DNA of 32,166 bases from NCBI RefSeq assembly GCF_000281045.1, contig NW_008246077.1, positions 296,693 to 328,858 of the forward strand, in the 5' to 3' direction. Numbering within the stretch: position 1 is the stretch's first letter; each line of letters starts with the position of its first letter. Under the pieces are notes generated by a model. It worked only from the letters and a program-made list of their open reading frames with translations. It did not search any database and was not told the origin of the DNA. This DNA is from Saprolegnia diclina VS20. Lineage: Eukaryota. Positions 23,170 through 32,166 of this stretch are shown here, one piece after another. A program made the translations under genes and the position numbers.

Positions 23170-24589
23170 TTAAGGGCGCGGCTGCGTCTTGGGCAGCGCG
23201 TCGTTGAGCGACTGCGTGCCCCAAGCGTTGCCGGCGGGCCGAGCGGCAGGCTGACCCCACGCGCCCGTGGCTGCCGGCTGCGGCGCCGCCTGCGCGGCGG
23301 GCTGACCCCACGCACCAGTCGCCGCCGGGACGTCGTTGGACGCTTGGTTGCTGGCCGGACGCGCACCCCATGCGGGCGCACCAGAGGGGGCCGACGGCTT
23401 CCACGTGCCGTTCTGCGGCGCGGGCGTCAGCGGGACCTTGGCACGCGTCGCCTTGCCGCGGATGATGGCCTGGATCTTGGACGCGGCCTGCTCCTCCGTC
23501 AACGGGCAGGCTTCCGGGAACGACGAGCCAATCTTAGCGCTACACACTCGATAAGATTCCTGCAGCTTTCAGACAGGCGAGAAGACGACGTACTGCTCGC
23601 CACGACCGATCGAGAAGCACTTGACAATGACCTTATACGGGCCGAGGTCGACTTCGTTGAGCTCCGTGCCGTTGAGGAAGCACATTGTGTAGAGCGCCAT
23701 CTCAAACTCGGGGCTCACGCCAATCAAACTACACAAGATTGTGAGATGCGCTTGTCGAGCTGCATGGAATACCTCGTCGAGACAGGCTTGACCTCCTTTT
23801 CCCAGGCGAACTGGAGCGTGATGAGCTGCTCGTACTCGTGCGGCTCCATGACCGAGCGACCGCGCTGCTTGGGCTTGATGTACCCGAGGTAGTCGAGGCG
23901 GCCGGCCTTCTCTTCAAGGTACATTTGGATCCAGTTGTGGAAACCCGTGACTTGATGGTCTTTGACCTCGCCGATGAAGACGTGCTCAAAACCGGACGAG
24001 TCATTGGCGACTTCACGGCGGTAGAGCCCGAACCACATCTCGTGGAGCTTGCGCTTGAACGCGTCCATGTTGCCGCTAAACTTGCGGTTGCCCTGGAGCC
24101 ACCTACGTCATCACATATCAGTGCCTGATGATGATACGCGCGCTGTATCGTCGTACGCAAGCGCGTATTTCATGACGCGTGTCTCGCAGATCGCGTTGAT
24201 GAAGAGCTCGTTCTCGCGCAGCTCTTGGCGGGTCACGGTCTCGGCGACGCCCGTCTACGCACAGCATTCCATGAGCCCATGCACGTAGCAGTTTGGTCGT
24301 ACGTCGCGCTCGTAGTTGTCGAGGAGGTCAATAAAGAGCTTGAACGTCTTCTTCTGGAGCGCCTTGGGGTCCACAAACTTGAAGAGGTTGTCGGGCGCCA
24401 TGTCGCCTTGCTGGTACGGCGACTTGCCCTGCTGGAGGTTGATCTCATAGTCGTCGCTGGGCACAAGACGGTTGTCGTCGAGGGTCCAGAGCTTGGTGCA
24501 GGCCTCCGAGAGGCTCTTGAGTTCCGAAGCTACAGGAAGACTAGCGTGAGCGTCCATCGCCTCCAACTGCGCCTACGGGTCGGGTTCAT
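23170..24589 (-). CDS. ENDOU: EndoU/XendoU uridylate-specific endoribonuclease with C-terminal IQ motif and WG-repeat tail
   Basis: 13-nt first exon 24577-24589 (MNPTP); LWTLDDNRL; LLDNYE; DSSGFEHVFIGE; GFHNWIQMYLEE; KPVS; IGVSPEFEMALYTMCF; IGSSFP. Six exons, stop at 23170. Confidence 0.92.
23242..23328 (-). repeat. Coding tandem repeat PAATGAWGQPAA x2 in the EndoU tail
   Basis: Identical 12-aa unit repeated with a 17-aa period. Confidence 0.85.
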
Positions 24590-24829
24590 CGTGCTGCGGA
24601 CGTCGAGGACAAAGCAAGTATGAGGCTTGCAACCACGTGCACTCTGCCGCTTCCAAGATCAGCCAATGGCATCGCGTCGAACGCCAGGCGCCACGTTGCA
24701 GTACATTCCTTTTGCAATGTACGATCGCATAATGTAATCCAGCTGTACATTCAGTGTACGGCGAGATGGACGTACATCACCGTACACGCCATCTTATAGC
24801 TGCGTGGAGATTCAGTGATAAGAGACGCG

Positions 24830-25124
24830 ATGTGCAGCCGAACGACGTGTGGCGTGTGCCAGAAGCCGACCTGGTACATCTCGCCTGCTCTCCCGGCCAC
24901 GTACCACGTTGCTCCTTAGGTCGGGCTGCGGCATGCATATTGAGAGCGCCCTCCGCGGTACCCGAGTCCAGACGGTTGGGTTGTTGTTTCATAAGGTTTT
25001 TGTAGGTGTCGACGAAGCCGACCGCTGCGCCGAGTACAAGACGGGCAAGCACAAGTCGAGCATGTTCCCGGCCATGTGCATCATCTCGGTGGTTGCGACT
25101 TTGCTGTATGTGTCCATGGGCTAG
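24830..25124 (+). CDS. Small Cys/His-rich (putative Zn-binding) protein, 66 aa, 3 exons
   Basis: Exons 24830-24873, 24920-24957, 25006-25124 (201 nt) with canonical introns give MCSRTTCGVCQKPTWSGCGMHIESALRGVDEADRCAEYKTGKHKSSMFPAMCIISVVATLLYVSMG. Confidence 0.75.
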
Positions 25125-25889
25125 TAGCGCTAACGTAATCGGCCTCTTTCCCGCGCCGAGACAACCCGACGCGATCGTACCATCATTGATCGCATGCATT
25201 GTCAGAAAGATTTCATTTGTTCCATGCACCGAGTGTTGTGGCTGGCCGCACACTTCAATGATCGCGCCAGGAGCTGATTTCTCGGCCGTGGCGGGCAAGC
25301 GGGCACAGCAAGCACTGCGGCTTGGGCTCGCACGCACGCGAATTGCCACCTGCTGTCGTAAACACGTGCTGTGGCTATCACCTTTTCCCTTGCGTTCCGC
25401 ATTCGAGCTCATAACCCCACGCCCCGACCCACGTCCCATGCAGTGCTTGGGGTCAAGGGAAGCGCATCCAAAGGAGACGATGCTCTGATTCTCGTCAGCG
25501 GGCTCGAGCCCACATGGACGTGGTGTTACACACGACACGAGCAGTTTTGGAGGACGCGCTTGGCATCGGGTCTTTCGCACCGTTCCGGATAATGCGAGGT
25601 AAAAGGTAAAACATTCGATTGGATAAAATGTTGATTTTAGGAGCCAATCCGCGCGGCTTGGTTTGACGTGGTGGTTTAATACGTTTTATCCTCGCGGGGC
25701 TGGTTAAAGTGGAGCTCTTGAGCTCATCTCATGCCAACGTCGTCACGATGCAGGATGTCGCCAAGGTACGTGGTCGATAGCTGTAGTCAAGTGGCGTCGG
25801 TGGCATCTGTGCACAGAGACGCAATCTCATACTGCAATTGAGTACATGAAAAACATAGCATTTTGCTCCTTGGCTACGCTGCCGTTGTC

Positions 25890-28800
25890 GGTCGCGTCGT
25901 CGTCGTGGCCACGAGTCCTGGTCGGCGACCGAGATCTTCTTGAATGTCGTGAGCAAGTCGGAGCCCGACGGCACCGTCGTGAACGTGCCGCCAAGGTGCG
26001 GTGCGAGAATCTTCACGAATCTGCTGTTCCCAAAGCCGACACACGAGCTCTGGAGCTTGTAGATGCCGTACGTCTTGGCCATGTGCTGGGCCATCGCAGT
26101 GCCGGCCGCATTACCGTTCGGCTCGCAGTCTTAAAAGAAGAGCAGGACGGGCGTGTACGTCTTGTGGTCGTTGCGCGAGAGCACGTCGTTGGCGACGCGC
26201 AGTCCGTCGTCGTAGTTGGTTGTGCGGCCAGAGAACGGCAGGGAGATATCGGTCATGTCAACCAGCGGCTTGCTTTCGTGCGCGATGCGGGCGGTATCAT
26301 CGAACGTGACGACCGAGACAATGTCGGCGCAGCTGTGGCTTCGCGTCGCGCGAAGCTGCGCAACGTGGCCGTCGTGAGCGCCTCCCACGGCTCCCCGGCC
26401 ATGGACCCGGACGCGCCCAAAACAAAGACGTGGTGGTGCAGTCCCTTTGCGGCTAAGTGCTGGCAGTTGAAGACGTGGCTTTGCGCAAGCGATTGCGTCG
26501 ACTTCAAGGTCTTCACTTGCGGTTCGTGCCATGCGCCCAAGACACAGTGCGATTTGCAGCCATTGCCTTCCTTGTGCTCGGGCACTCGTACGGGCACAAG
26601 CCAAGCTCCTTGCGCTCGCGCTCGAGACCGGATCGTCCCACCCCAGCGTCTTCCATACGTATTGTGGAGCACTTCGTCCATGGCCTGCGTCGAGTTGGAG
26701 GCGAGCGTCATCGTGCTGTGCCGGCTACCGTCCTTGGCCGCATACGTGCAAGCATCGGGCGACGTGTGCGAGTACGGAACGTAGTGGACGTGGCCTCGGC
26801 CGAGCTTGGGCACAAAAGAACGGACACATATTGGCGACTCCGCGGTCGCCTGGCGCATACTTGCGGTCTGTCTCGAGCTTCACTTGGGTGACGTCCATGA
26901 CGAAGGTCGTGTTGGCCATGCGTCGTCGCGTGCGCACCCGCGTGGCCGTACGCTTTTGTGCAGTAGTAGTCAGAGCACGGGTAGCGCGCGTCGCACGTGT
27001 GCACGTTGGTATCGTAGCGATAGACCTCGCCCTTGTGATTGTTTTTTTCGACTTGAACGTGTGACACTTCTTCCGTAGCTCGTTGTTGGCTTGGTGCAGA
27101 TACGTGAATGAGCTCTTGGCGCCGACAAACGTTTCGGTCGTCGTCTCCTGCTGGACCTTGAGCTCGCAATTGCCGCGGACCGAGCACACGCCTTGACACG
27201 TGTGGTGCTGGCTGCATCAAGCTCGCCGTTGCGCAGCGCGTAGCGAAGCTGGTCGCGCAGCCACACCGTCTTGCCCGCCAAGATGTTGTCGTCCATCGAC
27301 GTCCAATCGCACCGAGCGATCTTGGCGAGAACGAAGGCAAGGATTTGTGAAAGTCGGCGCCGCTGGAGAACGTCTCTCTGCCGCGCGCTTCGGCCAAGCA
27401 CGTTGAGGCTTGAGCAAGACCGTCGTAGTAGCCGACGTTGTTGAGCGGCGCGCAGTCTGTGACGAGAACGTCTACGCCGTACTAGTACATGACAGTGACA
27501 AAGTTGTCGGCCGTGGCGTCCGTAAGGGGCTCTTGAGCTTGGTTTTGAACTCGTCGATGACCGACTCGGCCTCGTTGGGGTTGATGTCCTTGGCGTTCAT
27601 GTTGAGCTGGCCGCTAAAGAGTCGGGGGTCGCCCTTGAGCATCGAGACGCCTTGGTAAACATCGCGTCAATCGTGCGCTGCGAAATCGCCACGTTGAGGG
27701 CCGAGAGAAGCGTGTCTTCTTGCATACTACGCTCAAATGACCCGAGGCCCTCAAAGTCGAGGACGACCATAAGCACATCTCCGTACGAACGCAGCGTGAG
27801 CCAGACGGCGTCCATGCAGCACGCCCGAGATGGCAAACGAGCTGCCCAAGAGGTGGTTGAGAAAGTACGATGTGCCTGTCGACTGCTTCCCCATGGATTG
27901 TCATCGCGACAATGGGCCGCGCCACGCTAATGTAGCTCGTGGGCCCGAAAAGGATCTGCGACAGCATCTGATGACCTCAGCGCGCTGACTCAGCGTCACC
28001 ACTTTGCCTTTGCGCAGCAGCTCGAGCTTGTCGTCGCGCGCGCGACAGACGGGACACACATCCAACGAGCTCGCGGACCCAACGCCCTGGCGCCATCGCT
28101 GGCCACGTCTCCGTTCACAACAAAGTCGGTGGCCAGCGAGAGCGATGCGAGGTCCTTGTTGAGCGTCTGGAGTTTCTTCGTGATCGACTCGACGACTTTC
28201 GAGACCGTCTTGCGGCGCTTGGACGACGACGCTTGCACGTGCAGCTGCAGCGCCATCGGCAACGAGGCAACGCCGTCGCGTTCCTGGGCCGCAGTCTCGT
28301 CGTCTTCGTCCGCGTCGTCGAAGTCAAGCATGGCCGCCCGGCCTTTTCAAAGACGTGAAAAGTGGCGCGAGCACGTGGCTTTCACTGGCTGCCACAGGTG
28401 CCGTTGTGTGCGCGCAGCTCACTTCGAACCCGACGTTGCCGACCACGACTGTCATCGTGAGGACAACCATGGCACCTGAGCTCTGGTCAAGGAGCACGAT
28501 GGCGTCGTCGGACGCGCGGGCTTGGACGGCCGGCCAGTCGAGCGCCATGGGCAACACGACCTCGGCCACCAAAGTAGCACTGCATGGCTCTGGATCTCGA
28601 ACGTGCGAAGGCGAAGGCGATGACGACTCGCACCCGTTCGTCGTTCTCGTTGTCCAGTGGCTCGATGCACACCATGAACGCGCCGTTTTGGAGCTTGACG
28701 ACCTTAGTCTCGGGCGTTGCAGAGGCGGGTACGACGATTGCTGTTGCGTGCGAAGGTAGTACGAGTGGGCGGCGCCATCGTCCCCAACGACAAAGCAGCC

Positions 28801-29014
28801 GTGGTTGTCGCCACGAAACAAGTGAAACACAGCATACGGCGCGCTGGGGCCAAGAGGACCAAGTTGAACTGACGCGTCCGCTCCAAGACATTGAACGGCT
28901 CGCCAAAGGCAACGATGTCGACCGTGGTCATCGGGTGCTGGAGTGCCAAGACGCGGTGCGCTGCGTCAAAGGCGCAGCGCTCGACGAGCGTCGGGAACTC
29001 TTTCGATGCTGCGT
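25890..29014 (-). pseudogene. Decayed large GBP/atlastin-like P-loop GTPase + Cys/His-rich region + vWA gene
   Basis: Fragments in shifting frames: CAFDAAHRVLAL; MGKQSTGTSYFLNHL; VLDFEGLGSFERS; LFSGQLNMNAKD; CPFFCA...GRGHVH; HHVFVLGASGSMAGEPW; DIVSVVTFDD; in-frame stop PVLLFF*DCEP at 26131. Boundaries approximate. Confidence 0.8.
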
Positions 29015-29325
29015 CTAGAGCCGCTCAAAGAAAATAGCTCTTCTCCAGCGCCGCCGCATCCTAATGGTCTCCTCGCGAAAGAGCGCTGAGCAGGGGTCGA
29101 GATGCCGTTGAGGGCAACCACCATGTCCGGCCTTTCTTTGCAGCGACAATACCCTTTTTTGGCACACAATGTTCCGCCGAGCAAACCCCGAGCATCTTGT
29201 CAATTTATAGCTCGCGTTTGCGTCAAAAAGGGGTCTTCAACATCCAAAAGAGGGTACTTGTCGCTGGAAAGGGTGCATTCGACTCGATTGGACGAGACGG
29301 GCATCTTTGTTTGCACTTGATCCTG

Positions 29326-31821
29326 ATGCTTCGCGTGTCTGTGACCGCGCTCGCGAAGGCCACGACGGCCCGCGCCCTGGGCTACCAGCCGCTGCACGCT
29401 CTGCCTCTGCGCGCACTCTCGACTGCCGTCCCTGTGCATGGCCACCGCAAGAAGAAGCGCAAGGGCAAGAAGCCTTCGGCGACGTCGACCGATGGCATTG
29501 CCGAGGCCACGCTCATCGAAGGTACGCAGCGCCCTTCACGCGATGCAAACGCATGCGAATGTAGGCTCGGACGTGGCAGTGGTCGACACGATGGCCACCA
29601 AGGCCGACAAGCCCGCGCCGCAGCATCACCACCATAACAGCAACAACAAGGCCGTCAAGAAGATCTCGCCGTTGGTCGAAGAAGCGACCAAGACGATTAG
29701 CCTCCTCGAAAACATTGCCGCGCTACAAAAGTCGCTGCCGGCGCCTGTGCACATCACGGCCATGCTCAAGCAGACGAGCGACGACCACGAAGACTCGTTC
29801 TTCAAGCTCTTTGATTTGTACCGCAAGCACGGCAACCCGACGATCGACGCGTCGTTTCTCGTACCGGGCATCGCCAAGTGCTGCGAGGTCGGCGACTCGG
29901 CGCAGGCCGTCGCGATCGCGCGCGACATGGTGCACAACGGCCGCGCCATCGACCGCGAGACGCTCCTTTTGGTCCTGACGACCGCCGAGCGCAACGGCGC
30001 AGCCATTGACGCCATCGGCGTTCTCAACCTGCTCTTGCACGAAGATTTCGAAGTCACGACGTCAGACTATGAGCGCATCCTGGCCATCTGCCACACGGCG
30101 CACTTTGAAGACGGCGCGCTGCAGGTCTTGCAGGCGCTGCGCACGCTCAAGTTTGTGCCGCCCGAGACGTACCTACACTGGCTCTCGCGCGCGGCCATGG
30201 TGTGGCGCGCCGACATTTTCCTCGCACTCCTCACGGAGATGCGACTCGCCGGTATGTGGATGCTGGCGCCATCTTTGTTCTAGTGTATGGTGTCTTGTAG
30301 GCATTGAGCCGCGCATTCCGTCGCTCACGTCGCTCGAGGTCGGGCGCAAGGACCCGGCGCTGACCGTCATGGAAGGCGTCCGCGCTGTCGGCCTCGACCC
30401 GTGCTTTGCCATGTCGGTCGTGTACGAGTCGATCCACCAAGCGATTCGCGGCGAGCGCCGTGAGACTGGTGTGTCCAAGCGCCTCCGTGACGCGGCCACG
30501 GACAAGTACTTTTATACTAGACACACGATGACAGATCTCATGCCCGATTGTAGGTTTGGGGACCTGCGTGTGCACAAGCTGCATTGGGACGTGCAGCCAA
30601 TCCCGCAGCTGCTCGAGACGCAGGTCGACACTCTGTCCTTGAGAAGCCACACAGCGTATTGAACGACTACGGTAGGCCGCGGGTCTGCTCCTCAAACAAG
30701 AGACGTTCCGCCGACTCAAGTACCACCAAGTGACGCGCGTCGAGTCGTACTTGCGCATGCTGCCCATCACGACCAACGTGACGCTCAACTTGCGCAAGCA
30801 GCTGCTGCGCATGTCGCTGCTCGTCAACACGCACCGCGTGAAGCGCAACAAGCACAAGATCCTCGCCGAGTACGACGCGGGCAAGAGTCTCATCGACTTG
30901 AGCAACTCGCACAACTACCCGCCCGTGTCGCTCCTCCGCATCATTCTCGAAGCCCGCGGGTTCTCGCCCAAGGCCATCCGGGTACGTCCCTCGCGTTTCA
31001 GGTATCAAGTTGATATTTATGGACTCTCAACATTAGAAAGCGCTGGCGACGCCGGCGAGCTTGCGGTACCGCGACCAGCAAGAGCTCAACAAGGCGACGC
31101 ACTACGACAGCATCCACCGCAGCGACCCGTTCTTGGGCCAACCGGCGTACAGCGCCGACTCGCTCGAGACGACGTTGACGCATTTCTTCAAGTCGCAAGG
31201 CATCCGCGTCAAGTACGCTTCTCCAAGCATCGATGAACTTGTTGCTCACCCTCAATTAGGACGCAGGACGATCTCTGGGTCGAGCAAGAGAAGATTTACG
31301 GCCGGCCCGTGATCTCGCCCGACATTTTGCTCTTGGACCCGGTCGTCATCAACGGCGTGCCCGTGCGCTGGATCGACGCCAAGAACTACTATGGCGCCCA
31401 CATTGTCAACAAGCGACTCATCGCCAAGCAGGTGCTATTTCTCTCTTTCCAAAGGCTTAAATACTGATACCTTTGGGGCTAGCTGGCGTCGTACGTCAAG
31501 GAGTGGGGCCCCGGTGCCGTCGTCTTTGGCATGGGCTTCTCCGATATGATGTCGATCCCGGGTGTTGTCTGCCTCGACATGACGCCCGTGCCCACGACCA
31601 AGTACGGCTCGTTCAAGATGGTCGCCAAGTCGTATGCGTACTCGTTCTTGAATTTCTTCCGCTGGGCGCCGCACCTCGGCAGCGAGCTCACCCAAGAGTA
31701 CGCGCACGCCAACGAGATGGAAATGGCCAAGCAGGATACGACGACGACGACCAAGCAGCTCGAGAACAACAAGCCGTCCGAGACCAAGCCCGACGACGCC
31801 GCCAAGGCCAAGAAGGCATAG
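29326..31821 (+). CDS. Predicted mitochondrial PPR-like repeat protein fused to a CDIN1/C15orf41 (TPD)-like PD-(D/E)XK nuclease domain, 716 aa
   Basis: Exons 29326-29521, 29565-30251, 30301-30505, 30554-30623, 30676-30981, 31037-31212, 31260-31431, 31483-31821 sum to 2151 nt in one frame. Presequence-like N-terminus, five ~35-aa helical repeats, SPDILL...WIDAKNYYG...YVKEWGPGAVVF. Confidence 0.8.
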
Positions 31822-32166
31822 ATACACTCACACAGCTAATAGATGAAGATGATACCTACGGCGACGTGCGCGAAAATGATGTGTGCCTTGAACTGCAGCC
31901 ATCGGTCTTGGTCCGTGTCATCACCATGTGTGCGTCGACGACCCTTCTTGCCTGGAGCGAGGCATTGTGCGACGTCGTCCTTGTAACCATCTCTGTAGAC
32001 TGTGCGCGACGTGACTACGGCGAGCAAATGTGTCGACCTTCTGCTCCAAGGTCCCCACATGCTGCATCTACTGCCATATTTGGGCGTGGCGATCTTGGCG
32101 CGGAGCCAGCGACGATGGCAAAGCCAGCGAGGCGGAGCCGATGAAATCCATCTTTTGTCGCGTGGT

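Noticed and set aside
14816..31821. RBM22, EndoU and the PPR-nuclease as an RNA-processing cluster
   Set aside because: Separated by unrelated genes and predicted for different compartments; no evidence of a shared system.
31836..32166. Possible 3' end of a minus-strand gene at the right edge
   Set aside because: Open frames but no recognisable motif; too little sequence to call.
1..32166. tRNA, rRNA, CRISPR arrays or intact transposons
   Set aside because: None recognised by eye; tRNAscan-SE, Infernal and repeat searches would be needed to exclude them.

Overview
Eukaryotic, gene-dense DNA with many short (about 43-63 nt) GT-AG introns, often with GTACG donors. Gene content (KRE6/SKN1-like protein with EGF/TM tail, LRR-TKL receptor kinase, atypical bZIP, Inr+FPR promoters) points to an oomycete, probably Saprolegniales (inference). 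Left to right: a large multi-cNMP-binding-domain gene (-, runs off the left edge); two tandem LigB/DODA-type ring-cleavage dioxygenases (+); a KRE6/SKN1 GH16 gene (-) spanning a 921-N gap; a third dioxygenase (-) inside a ~1.65-kb inverted duplication that also copied exon 1 of the cNMP gene; an RRM-less RBM22; a bZIP-like gene with His at the invariant Asn; an LRR-TM-TKL kinase; a secreted EGF/mastigoneme-like protein; an EndoU RNase with an IQ motif and WG-repeat tail; a spliced 66-aa Cys/His microprotein; a decayed GBP-like GTPase-vWA pseudogene; and a predicted mitochondrial PPR + CDIN1-like PD-(D/E)XK nuclease fusion. Best leads: the PPR-nuclease fusion, the EndoU-IQ-WG protein, and a betalain-DODA-like HP-x3-TP motif in the dioxygenases. 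All gene models were spliced by eye and no searches were run.
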